This document shows positions 16,499 to 25,731 of a stretch of 64,000 bases of DNA, piece after piece. This DNA is from an uncultured Gemmatimonadales bacterium (lineage in GTDB: Bacteria > Gemmatimonadota > Gemmatimonadetes > Gemmatimonadales > GWC2-71-9): contig CAVZZO010000001.1 in assembly GCA_963779755.1 (NCBI GenBank), forward strand, positions 512,001-576,000. The letters run 5' to 3'. Below the pieces are notes generated by a model that did not search any database, had not been told where the DNA came from, and saw only the letters and a list, made by a program, of their open reading frames with translations. A program made the translations under genes and the position numbers. Positions within the stretch are counted from its first letter, which is position 1, and every line of letters starts with the position of its first letter.

Positions 16499-19273
16499 AT
16501 GACGGACATGGCAGGCCGCCTCGACGCGGCCCTCGCCGGCCGCTACCGCATCGAGCGTGAGCTCGGCCAGGGCGGCATGGCCACGGTCTACCTGGCGCAG
16601 GACCTCAAACACGACCGCCGGGTGGCGCTCAAGGTCCTGCGGCCGGATCTCGCGGCCATCCTGGGGCCGGAGCGCTTCCTCAAGGAAATCCGTCTCACCG
16701 CCAACCTGCAGCACCCGCATATCCTGCCGCTGCTGGATTCCGGTCAAGTTGAAGGGACCTGGCTGGTCGAAGGTCAAAGGTCGAAGGTCGAAGGGGAGAG
16801 TCCACGTACCGCCATACCGCCCTACCGCCATACCGCCCTGTTCTACGTCATGCCCTTCGTCGAGGGCGAGTCGCTCCGCGACCGGCTCTCCCGGGAGCAC
16901 CAGCTGGGCATTGACGAGGCTGTGCGCATCGCCACCGAGGTGGCGGACGCCCTGAGCTACGCCCACGGACAGGGAGTGATCCACCGGGACATCAAGCCGG
17001 AGAATATCCTGCTCTACGGCGGCCACGCGCTGGTGGCGGATTTCGGGATCGCGCTGGCGGCCAGCCGCTCGGAAGGCGCCGCGCGGATTACCGAGACCGG
17101 CATCAGTCTGGGAACCCCGGCGTACATGGCGCCGGAGCAGGCCATGGGCGAGCGGGACCTTACCCCCCGGGCCGATATCTATTCCCTGAGCTGCGTCCTG
17201 TATGAGATGCTGGCCGGCGACCCGCCGTTCCAGGGCGGCTCGGCTCAGGCGATCGTGGCCAAGGTGCTGACCGAGCGCGCCCCGCTGGTTTCGGCGGGGC
17301 GGGAGACGGTGCCGCGACACATCGCCGCCGCGGTCCACAAGGGCCTTGCCCGCCTGCCCGCCGACCGGTTTCCCACCGCGGCGGCGTTTGCGGATGCGCT
17401 GGCGCGTCCAGGTTTGAGTTCCGGGCCCGATACGATACCGCTGCAGCCTGGGGAGATGTCTTCCGCCGGTTTCCTCCGACGCTACGCCGCGGTGCTGGGA
17501 CTGTCGGCGGCCTTGGTCCTGCTGCTGGCCTTTGTGCTCGGGAGCCGGTCGCGGAGGCCTCCGCCCGGCCCGCTCCTGCGCATTCCGGTCGCGCTTCCGG
17601 AGGGACAGGGCATCGCCCTCGGGGCTGGTCCCGCCGTTGCGCTTGCCCCCGATGCATCCCGCCTGGTGTATCTCGGGGCAACACCCAATGGCGTGCAACT
17701 CCGCCTATGGTCGCTGAACTCGCTCGCTACGGATTCCATCCCCGGGACCGCCGGGGCGGCGGGGCCGGTATTCTCACCCGACGGCAGGTCCCTCGCATTC
17801 TGGCAAGACGGGGTCCTGAAGTCCTTGTCCCTTCAGGGCGGCCTGGGGGTGGAGGTCGCCGATTCCGCCACTATTCTGGGAGACGACTGGGGTCCCGACG
17901 GCTATATCTACTATGCCCGCGCCGGTGACAGACCAGGTATCTCGCGAGTTCGCGCGACAGGCGGGCCGCCCGAGATCGTCAGCACCGCCGATACCAGCCG
18001 GGGCGAGACCGATCACCGCTGGGTCAGCGTGCTGCCGAACGGCCGAGGGGTGTTGTTCACCGCGTGGCGCGGCAACTACGACCGGTCGGACATCGAGATC
18101 GCAGATTTTGGAAACGGCCGTACCAGAGTTCTCACCAAAGGCATCTTCGCGCGGGTTGCTCCCACCGGCTATCTCATCGTGATCAAGGGCGACCACAGCC
18201 TCTGGGCGGCCCCGTTCGATCTGGGTGCCCTGAAGCTTTCGGGGCGGGAAGTGCCCCTGCTCAAGGGGGTCAACGTCAAGAACGGAGGGGCCTCGGATCT
18301 TTCCCTGGCCAGGAGCGGCACACTGGCCTACGTCACCGGGGAAACACCGGTAGAGGAGTTGGTGTGGGTGGCCCGGGACGGCTCGGAGCAGGCGATAGAT
18401 CCGGCACTGCGCGGGAACTTCGGCTCGGTTGCCCTTTCGCCGGACGGGAGCCGCATCGCGTTGAGCAACTGGGCGGAGTCCTCGGAAAACCTCTGGATCT
18501 ATGATGTCGCCCGCCGGGCCCTCTCCCGCCTGACCTTCGACGGCGTGCGGAACCGCCGGCCGGAATGGAGCCTGGACGGAGCGAGCATCACGTATTCCTC
18601 GGATCGTGCCGGTGAGCTGACGCTCTGGCGCGTCTCGGCCGACGGTGGCGCTCCGGTCCCGGTCCTCCCGGCCTCGGTGCACGATCAGGCTCAGGAGGCC
18701 ACCTGGACGCCCGATGGCGCGTTGCTGGTCTTTCGCCGCGGACCGGGGGGAGGCGGCAGCCCCGACCTGATGGTGTTTCGCCCCGGCCGTGACAGCCTTG
18801 CCCGCCCACTGCTGACTTCGCGTTTCTCGGAGTTCGCGCCCCACCTGTCTCCCGATGGCCGCTGGCTCGCGTATGTATCGAATGAGTCCGGCCGCCGGGA
18901 GGTCTATGTCCGGTCCTTCCCGGAGACCGGTGGAAAATGGCAGGTTTCAACGGACGGGGGGGCCGAGCCGGTCTGGAGCCGGAGCGGCGAGGAGTTGTTC
19001 TATCGGTCGGCGGACGGGGAATTGATGTCGGCCTCGGTCCGGCAACAACCGTCGTTCGCGGTCCTCTCACGGCGGGCCCTCTTCTCTGCCTCGGGCTACG
19101 CCACGGATGAGGGCCACGCCTTGTACGGGGTTACTCCCGACGCACAGCACTTCCTCATGGTAAAGGTGCTCAAGGGCACCCCCGGAGAGCCGGACCTTGG
19201 CGCCAGGGCATATCAGCTGGTCCTTGTCCTCAACTGGTTCCAGGACCTGACCCGCGCCGAATCACGGCGGTGA
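16499..19273 (+). CDS. Ser/Thr protein kinase with transmembrane helix and PD40/TolB-like beta-propeller
   Basis: GQGGMATVY, HRDIKPEN, ADFG, GTPAYMAPEQ, a hydrophobic segment, multiple SPDG repeats and terminal VLNWF. Confidence 0.92.
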   Translation: MTDMAGRLDAALAGRYRIERELGQGGMATVYLAQDLKHDRRVALKVLRPDLAAILGPERFLKEIRLTANLQHPHILPLLDSGQVEGTWLVEGQRSKVEGESPRTAIPPYRHTALFYVMPFVEGESLRDRLSREHQLGIDEAVRIATEVADALSYAHGQGVIHRDIKPENILLYGGHALVADFGIALAASRSEGAARITETGISLGTPAYMAPEQAMGERDLTPRADIYSLSCVLYEMLAGDPPFQGGSAQAIVAKVLTERAPLVSAGRETVPRHIAAAVHKGLARLPADRFPTAAAFADALARPGLSSGPDTIPLQPGEMSSAGFLRRYAAVLGLSAALVLLLAFVLGSRSRRPPPGPLLRIPVALPEGQGIALGAGPAVALAPDASRLVYLGATPNGVQLRLWSLNSLATDSIPGTAGAAGPVFSPDGRSLAFWQDGVLKSLSLQGGLGVEVADSATILGDDWGPDGYIYYARAGDRPGISRVRATGGPPEIVSTADTSRGETDHRWVSVLPNGRGVLFTAWRGNYDRSDIEIADFGNGRTRVLTKGIFARVAPTGYLIVIKGDHSLWAAPFDLGALKLSGREVPLLKGVNVKNGGASDLSLARSGTLAYVTGETPVEELVWVARDGSEQAIDPALRGNFGSVALSPDGSRIALSNWAESSENLWIYDVARRALSRLTFDGVRNRRPEWSLDGASITYSSDRAGELTLWRVSADGGAPVPVLPASVHDQAQEATWTPDGALLVFRRGPGGGGSPDLMVFRPGRDSLARPLLTSRFSEFAPHLSPDGRWLAYVSNESGRREVYVRSFPETGGKWQVSTDGGAEPVWSRSGEELFYRSADGELMSASVRQQPSFAVLSRRALFSASGYATDEGHALYGVTPDAQHFLMVKVLKGTPGEPDLGARAYQLVLVLNWFQDLTRAESRR

Positions 19274-19289
19274 TCCGGCCGGGCCGTGA

Positions 19290-20120
19290 GCTTTCGCCGG
19301 GGCTCTCGACTGCGAATGGCTTGAGTGAATCCACAGATTACACAGATTGACACGGATTGCGCTCCGCGCTGTGGCAACGCTCCACCAAGGCCGGCCTGAA
19401 CCCCCACATAGCACAGCAATTCTCACTTGTTCGAAGGCCCGGCAAGGCCCTACGGAGCGACGCCGGAAATCGGAGCAGAATCTGTGTGACTCTGTGTAAT
19501 CTGTGGATCCCCCTGCTGTTGCTGAGCTCAGCCCTGGCCGGATGCGAGCTAACAGGGCACATGATGGTGGGGCGGGGCTTGCGCCGGGCCCGTCGAACGC
19601 GAATGGCTTGAGTGAATCCACAGATTACACAGATTGACACGGACTGCGCTCCGCGCTGTGGCAACACTCCACCAAGGCCGTTCCTGAGCACCCACAAAGC
19701 ACAGCAATTCTCATTTGTTCGAAGGCCCGGCAAGGCTCCACGGAGCGACGCCGGAAATCGGAGCAGAATCTGTGTGAATCTGTGTAATCTGTGGATCCCC
19801 CTGCTGTTGCTGAGCTCAGCCCTGGCCGGATGCGAGCTGACAGGGCACATGATGGTGGGGCGGGGCTTGCGCCAGGGCTCTCGACTGCGAATGGCTTGAG
19901 TGAATCCACAGATTACACAGGTTGACACGGATTGCGCTCCGCGCGGTGGCAACGCTCCACCAAGGCCGTTCCTGAGCACCCACAAAGCACAGCAATTCTC
20001 ATTTGTTCGAAGGCCCGGCAAGGCTCCACGGAGCGACGCCGGAAATCGGAGCAGAATCTGTGTGAATCTGTGTAATCTGTGGATCCCCCTGCTGTTGCTG
20101 AGCTCAGCCCTGCCTGGATG
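19290..20120. repeat. Tandem repeat with 287-288 bp period, about 2.9 copies, each containing a 30-bp inverted repeat pair
   Basis: GCGAATGGCTTGAGTG recurs at 19312, 19599 and 19887. IR arms ATCCACAGATTACACAGATT... and ...AATCTGTGTAATCTGTGGAT. Confidence 0.95.
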
Positions 20121-21168
20121 CCGGCCAACAGGCGCCGAGCTGGCCGGTTCTCATGTCATTCCTCATCCCGTCCCCGCCTCGGCGCCGGAAGTCCGATACT
20201 ACCGCGCGGCGGAACGGCAGGGAACAGTCGCGATTGATGGTAGGCTGGATGACTCGGCCTGGGCCACGGCGCCCTGGAGCCCCGACTTCGTGGACATCGA
20301 AGGCAGCCGCGCGCCGGCGCCGCGCTATTCCACCCGGATCAAGCTGATGTGGGACAGCACCGCACTGTACATCGGGGCCCGGCTGGAGGACCCCGATCTC
20401 TGGGGGACCCTGCGAACCCGCGACACGGTGATCTTTCTGGACAACGATTTCGAGGTGTTTCTCGATCCCGACGGCGATACCCATCACTACTACGAGATGG
20501 AAATCAATCAGCTGGGCACGGTATGGGACCTGCTCCTGGTGAAGCCCTACCGCGACGGTGGCCCGGCGGTGACCAGTTGGGATGTCGCCGGGCTGCGGAG
20601 CGCGGTACATCTCGAGGGCACGATCAACCAGCCGGCCGACCGGGACAGCGGCTGGACGGTCGAGCTGGCCATCCCCTGGAAGGCCCTGGGTGAACCCGTG
20701 CCGTCCGAAGGTGCGCGCTGGCGGGTGAATTTCTCCCGGGTGCAGTGGACCCTGGACACGGCCGGCGGGAGCTACCACAAGCGGCTGGATCCGCACACCG
20801 GCAAGCCGCTGCCGGAGGCGAACTGGGTCTGGTCTCCCCAACTGGCGGTCAACATGCACATGCCGGAGATGTGGGGCGTGGTGGAGTTCACCACCGGCCG
20901 CGGTGCCATGGCGGTATCCGCCCCGGTTACCGCTGACGATCGGGCGCGCTGGACACTGCGGCGGGTGTATTACGCCGAGCGGGCGCGGTTTTCCCAGATG
21001 GGTAGCTACAGTGGCGACCTCGAAGCGCTCGGCCTGAAAGACGGCGGACAAGATATCCATCTGGAGCTGACTGTCGGCGGCTGGCAGGCGACGCTGCCGT
21101 CAGGAAGCACTCCGTGGCACATCCGGCAGGACGGGCTCGTCTGGGCCGATGCAGGAGGCCGCCCGTGA
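20062..21168 (+). CDS. Carbohydrate-binding family 9-like (CBM9/DOMON-like) exported protein
   Basis: IDGRLDD.AW, KLMWD..LY, DNDFEVFLDPDGD..HYYEMEIN, WTVELAIPW and WRVNFSR. Start is uncertain (GTG 20062 with upstream GGAG, or 19900). Confidence 0.8.
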   Translation: MNLCNLWIPLLLLSSALPGCRPTGAELAGSHVIPHPVPASAPEVRYYRAAERQGTVAIDGRLDDSAWATAPWSPDFVDIEGSRAPAPRYSTRIKLMWDSTALYIGARLEDPDLWGTLRTRDTVIFLDNDFEVFLDPDGDTHHYYEMEINQLGTVWDLLLVKPYRDGGPAVTSWDVAGLRSAVHLEGTINQPADRDSGWTVELAIPWKALGEPVPSEGARWRVNFSRVQWTLDTAGGSYHKRLDPHTGKPLPEANWVWSPQLAVNMHMPEMWGVVEFTTGRGAMAVSAPVTADDRARWTLRRVYYAERARFSQMGSYSGDLEALGLKDGGQDIHLELTVGGWQATLPSGSTPWHIRQDGLVWADAGGRP

Positions 21169-22238
21169 AACGGCGTGCCTTCGTCGGCTCGGTCGCCGCC
21201 GGCTTGCTGGCGGCCCGCCTTCCGCGGAATGTCTCCCGCCGGAGTGCCGGCGGCCCGCGCCACTGGGTCTGGGCCCATGCCAATGACGACCCGGTGAATG
21301 CCTGGCGTGGCAAGTTCGCCCGGCTGCGCACTGCCGGCATCGACGGCGTTCTGGTCACCGGCGGCGACGCGGAGCAGCTGGCCGCCGCGGCGCACGTGGA
21401 AGGGCTAGCCTTCCACCGCTGGACCTGGATCATGAATCGGACTGGCGACGCCTGGGTGAAGGAGCATCACCCCGAATGGTTCAGCGTAAGCCGAAAGGGT
21501 GAATCGTCGCTCACCCACCCGCCCTATGTCGGGTACTACCAGTGGCTCTGCCCCAGCCGGCCGGAGGTGCGGGAATATCTCCGGGGCAAGGTAGAGGAGG
21601 AGGCGTTCCATCCGTCGGTGGACGGAGTGCATCTCGACTATATCCGCTATCCCGACGTGATCCTCCCCCGGGGCCTGTGGGCGAAGTACGGCCTGGTGCA
21701 GGATCACGAGATGCCGGAATACGACTTCTGCTACTGTGATGTATGCCGGGAGGCGTTCCGGCGTCAGAGCGGGCGGGACCCGCTGCGGCTGGCCGAGCCT
21801 GCGGCCGATCCGGAGTGGCGATCCTACCGCTGGAACAGCATCACCGACGTGGTCCGGGTACTCGCCACCTCGGCGCATGCTCGAGGCAAGGAGATTTCGG
21901 CGGCGGTCTTTCCCACGCCGGCGCTGGCCCGCAAGCTGGTGCGCCAGGCCTGGGACCAGTGGCCCCTGGACCGGGTCTTTCCCATGCTGTATCACAAGTT
22001 CTATCTGGAGGACGTGGCCTGGATCGGCCGCTCGGCTGCCGAGGGCGTGGCGGCGCTGCAGGGAGCCTTCCCCTTGCATGCCGGGCTCTATCTGCCGGAC
22101 CTGCCGCCGGCGGAATTGGGCCGGGCGATCCTCTCGGCCCGGGAGGGCGGTGTCGCCGGCGTATCATTATTCGATGCGGGAGGCTTGAAGGAGGAGCACC
22201 TTCCCGTCCTGCGGCAGGCGCTGCGCGACTGGACCTGA
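21165..22238 (+). CDS. Glycoside hydrolase-like TIM-barrel protein (GHL10/DUF187-like), Tat signal
   Basis: AGGAGG RBS, GTGA overlap, KRRAFV Tat motif, WLCPSRPEVREY and VDGVHLDYIRYP. Confidence 0.8.
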   Translation: MKRRAFVGSVAAGLLAARLPRNVSRRSAGGPRHWVWAHANDDPVNAWRGKFARLRTAGIDGVLVTGGDAEQLAAAAHVEGLAFHRWTWIMNRTGDAWVKEHHPEWFSVSRKGESSLTHPPYVGYYQWLCPSRPEVREYLRGKVEEEAFHPSVDGVHLDYIRYPDVILPRGLWAKYGLVQDHEMPEYDFCYCDVCREAFRRQSGRDPLRLAEPAADPEWRSYRWNSITDVVRVLATSAHARGKEISAAVFPTPALARKLVRQAWDQWPLDRVFPMLYHKFYLEDVAWIGRSAAEGVAALQGAFPLHAGLYLPDLPPAELGRAILSAREGGVAGVSLFDAGGLKEEHLPVLRQALRDWT

Positions 22239-22244
22239 CTCTGC

Positions 22245-22844
22245 CTATTGCTTTGCCCGGAAGCGGCGCACCCGGATCTCGTTGCCGCAGTCGGTGGAGG
22301 AGCACCAGCGGCGGCTGCCATTGCGGCTCCGGTCAATGAAGAGCCAGCCGCAGGGATGGTTGCCGCACTGGCGCAGCCGCCCCGGCGGCGGATGGCGCAG
22401 GAGCTCGACCGCCGCGAGTACGATCGGATAGAGGGGCAGAAGCAGGTCGTCCGTGCCGGGCCAGGTGAACACCAGCGCGGTTCCGGACCATTCCGCCGCC
22501 GCTGTCCGCAGCGCCCGCAACTCTTCTTCCCGCAGCTGCTCCAGGTCCGCCGCCGCCGGGTTCTTCCCGCTGGCGACTGCGGCAAGGATCCGGTAGAGCA
22601 ACTCCCGCACCTCGATCGCATGCTTCAGGGCGCGTCCCGCCTGCTGCGGGTGCTGTATGGCGAGCGACGACAGCCGGTTGGCTCTCGCCGGCGCCAGCAG
22701 CCCGGCGTGGCGGAACCACTCGAGCAGCGCACCATAGTCGGTGAGCCACTCGGTGCGATCCGCCGAGGCGTGCCAGCCCGCGGTATTGGTGAAATCCAGC
22801 GCGGGGTGCCCGCCGATAAGAGCCAGGGAACCTGCCTGAGCCAT
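22245..22844 (-). CDS. ABATE/CGNR zinc-finger domain protein (putative regulator)
   Basis: GGHPALDFTNT at the N-terminus; C..H.CGWLFIDRSRNGSRRWCSS..CGN at the C-terminus. Confidence 0.9.
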   Translation of the reverse strand: MAQAGSLALIGGHPALDFTNTAGWHASADRTEWLTDYGALLEWFRHAGLLAPARANRLSSLAIQHPQQAGRALKHAIEVRELLYRILAAVASGKNPAAADLEQLREEELRALRTAAAEWSGTALVFTWPGTDDLLLPLYPIVLAAVELLRHPPPGRLRQCGNHPCGWLFIDRSRNGSRRWCSSTDCGNEIRVRRFRAKQ

Positions 22845-22890
22845 CCCCGAATCTATCCCGCCGCGCTTTCCCTCAGGAGGGGTCGCGCGG

Positions 22891-25578
22891 TCAGGCGCCT
22901 ATCCAGTAGCTCACCTTGAGCTGGAGCGCATCGCCCGAGGGAGCGGACCAGAGATGCCGCAGGTCCCGGCTCAGCCGGAAAGGCAGCGCCTCGCCAGTGG
23001 CCTGCTCGTGCGTCCACACCAGGAACAGGGTCGAGCCGGGGCGAAACTCCCAGCGCAACAGCAGATTCAGGTGCGCGTCACGCTGGGAGAAGGACGGATC
23101 ACCGAAGACGTACGCGGTTGCCGTTCCCTGGTCAACCAGGTAATCGTCGGCGGCGCTGCGGGTCAGCCGCGCCGGTGCGATGGGCCGCACCCGGTCAACC
23201 GGCCGGCTTGCCTCCGGAGCCACCACCTCCTGGAACCGGTCGAACGTCCCGCCGCTCAGAAATACCTGGCCGTACAGCTGCAGGGTGAGGTGGGCCGAGA
23301 AGGCGAGCGTCGCCCGGGCGGTCAGCGAGGTGGTGACCTGCCGCAGCCGTCCCACCAGGAAATGGGCCCCGCCGGCGGAATCCACGGCCTGCGCCGCGTA
23401 CTGCCAGGACTCGCGCGCAGCGTCGAGTTCCGGGGACAGGCCGACCTGCAGCCGGTCGGTGAGGAAGGCGCTGAAGTCGGCCTGGGCGCTACCGGTGACG
23501 GACCCGGTCGCCGCTTCGCGCTCGCCGGCCAGCTGCAGTGTGGCCTGCCAGCGGCGGCGCGTGTCGGTATAGGCCGTGAGGGTAAGACGATTTCTGCCCG
23601 GCAACCGGAAGGCCGGACCGCCGCGCAGGACCTCCGGGTCGGTGGCTGGAAACTCGCGGTCGAAGGCCAGGGATCCGCCCCAGTAGTTTTGCAGGTCGAG
23701 TCCCGCCTTGAGGCCGGCGACCGCGGCGCGCCGCCGGCCGGCAAAGGTCCAGCCCACGCCGACCTGGTCGGACCCGATGTACCACCGGCGGACGAAGGCG
23801 CCGGGATGATACCTAAGAAACTTCCAGTGCGCCGTCGCGAGGAGCCAGTCGGCGTTGCGCTGGAATCCCAGATCATTGGATTCGAACCCGGGGCTCACCA
23901 GGAGACCCGCAAGCCCCCACTGCAGGCGGCCCTCGATCCGGTCGGCGGCCAGCTGGGCGCTGATGCCGGACATGGTCGCGGCGCTGTCCACCGCCGCGCG
24001 CAGTCCGAGATGTCTGGGCTCCCGCCGCAGGGCCGCGATGTGTGCCGGCGTGCCGCTGACCCGGCTGGCGAGGGCCGCACCGGACAGCTCCCATGCCCCG
24101 CCGGCCACGCGGATGCGGCCGTCCGTCCCCAGCACCAGCGCGCCGCGGGCCAGGGTCGAATCCACCCCATCATGCATGTTGAGCCGGCCGGTGAAGGTCG
24201 CCATCGCCCCCAGTTCTCCTTTGCCGTCGGCCGATTCCCGTCTCACCCGCGCGGCGGTGAAATGGGTGAGCGGCGCCAGCATCTCCCGATCCGCCACCCC
24301 TGACCGGCTGAAGCGCGCGTACTCGGCCCCGGTCCACGCCTGGAGTATCCCTCCAGACCAGCCCGAGGCCGTCCGGCCCGTGGCACGGAAGGCGCCCAGC
24401 ACCCCCGTTGCCTCCGGCCGGCGGCATCCCGTCACCGCCGCCGGGCAGCCTCGCACCGGAGCGCGCCCGATGCGGCGGGAGTAGAAGGGGCTCTCTTGGG
24501 CGAAGCTGGTCCCCCGAGCGGAGAACTCCAGCGGCCGGCCGAAGCGGAAGATCTGGGCATCGTCCACGAACAGCGGACGCTGCTCGGCGAGGAAGGTCTC
24601 AAAGGTGGTGAGATTGATCTGGGAGGGATCGGCTTCCACCTGCCCGAAATCCGGGTGGAGCGACAGTGCCAGGGTGGTGGCCGAGCCCGGGCGGTAGCGG
24701 ATATCGGCGCCTACCCTGCCGGCGGTCTCGAATCCTCCCGTCCCGCCGGGAAGGCCGATCGCCGCGCGCGAGCCGGTGACCGCCGAGTAGGGCACGATCT
24801 GAAGGGCGCCGGTGCCAGGCGGTGCCGCCAGGATCAGCCGGTTGAAATGGGAGACCACGCCGGTGATGCTGGGCAACCGGGGGGACCAGTTGGAGGACTC
24901 TCCCCGGTGGGGGGAGTAACGATAGAAGTTGATCCCCCAGGATATCGGCACCCCCGGCTGCGTGGCTGCCAGGCTCAGCTGAGAAAAAGGAATCCGGTAC
25001 TCGGCCGACCAGCCCAGACTATCCGTGGTGGCGGCCGCTTCCCAGACGCCGTTCCAGGCGCCGTCGTAGTCCACATCGTTGGACCAGGCCCCGTCCGCCT
25101 GGACGCCGCGCGGGTTCACTCCGAAGCTGAAACCGCTGCGCCGGTCGAAGCGGGAATCGATCTCCACGAAGACCCAGTCGGAGGTCGTTTCATCATCCCG
25201 CCGGGGGTAGGGCGCCAGGATGGAATCGGGATGCGGATCATACAGGCGCACGGCCACATAGAGCGCCTGATCATCGAACAGCACGCGCGCCTCGCTGGGC
25301 AGGGTGGCCAAAGCGCCGGGTGCCGGGGTGCTCTGCACGAAGTCGGTCGCCGGAGCGGCGCCCCGCCAGGCGGCGTCATCCAGCCGGCCGTCCACCCGGG
25401 GCGGGGCGCCTGTGATATGGCCAGCCTCGAGCGTCCGGGACAGCAGCGCCGCGGCGTGGCGCGCGCTTGAATCCTGGGACGCTCCCGGGAGGGCCGGGCT
25501 CTGGGCCGCGAGGTGGCGCGGGGCGGCGAGGGCCGAGATGAGCAGCAGGCAGGAAACGGGGCCGCGACAGACTGGCAT
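22891..25578 (-). CDS. DUF5916-type protein: CBM9-like domain plus predicted outer-membrane beta-barrel
   Basis: Signal peptide, VDGRLDDAAW, PDFGQVEADP..INL..FETF..E.RP.F, FYSRRIG and LRWEFRPGSTLFLVW. GAGGTG RBS before ATG 25578. Confidence 0.82.
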   Translation of the reverse strand: MPVCRGPVSCLLLISALAAPRHLAAQSPALPGASQDSSARHAAALLSRTLEAGHITGAPPRVDGRLDDAAWRGAAPATDFVQSTPAPGALATLPSEARVLFDDQALYVAVRLYDPHPDSILAPYPRRDDETTSDWVFVEIDSRFDRRSGFSFGVNPRGVQADGAWSNDVDYDGAWNGVWEAAATTDSLGWSAEYRIPFSQLSLAATQPGVPISWGINFYRYSPHRGESSNWSPRLPSITGVVSHFNRLILAAPPGTGALQIVPYSAVTGSRAAIGLPGGTGGFETAGRVGADIRYRPGSATTLALSLHPDFGQVEADPSQINLTTFETFLAEQRPLFVDDAQIFRFGRPLEFSARGTSFAQESPFYSRRIGRAPVRGCPAAVTGCRRPEATGVLGAFRATGRTASGWSGGILQAWTGAEYARFSRSGVADREMLAPLTHFTAARVRRESADGKGELGAMATFTGRLNMHDGVDSTLARGALVLGTDGRIRVAGGAWELSGAALASRVSGTPAHIAALRREPRHLGLRAAVDSAATMSGISAQLAADRIEGRLQWGLAGLLVSPGFESNDLGFQRNADWLLATAHWKFLRYHPGAFVRRWYIGSDQVGVGWTFAGRRRAAVAGLKAGLDLQNYWGGSLAFDREFPATDPEVLRGGPAFRLPGRNRLTLTAYTDTRRRWQATLQLAGEREAATGSVTGSAQADFSAFLTDRLQVGLSPELDAARESWQYAAQAVDSAGGAHFLVGRLRQVTTSLTARATLAFSAHLTLQLYGQVFLSGGTFDRFQEVVAPEASRPVDRVRPIAPARLTRSAADDYLVDQGTATAYVFGDPSFSQRDAHLNLLLRWEFRPGSTLFLVWTHEQATGEALPFRLSRDLRHLWSAPSGDALQLKVSYWIGA

Positions 25579-25731
25579 TTTCACCTCTGAGGTAATGGGC
25601 AAGAATACGTTAGCTCATTACCGAGGGTTTCGCACCCGGGGTGGTGCCCGGGGCGCATACTGCCGCCCGTCCCACTTCGCTACATTCCGATCATTCCCAC
25701 ACAGCCGCGCTTTTCTCCTTCAGGGGAGCCC

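Noticed and set aside
19290..20120. CRISPR array or IS element
   Set aside because: Whole 288-bp units repeat with no unique spacers, and there is no transposase ORF.
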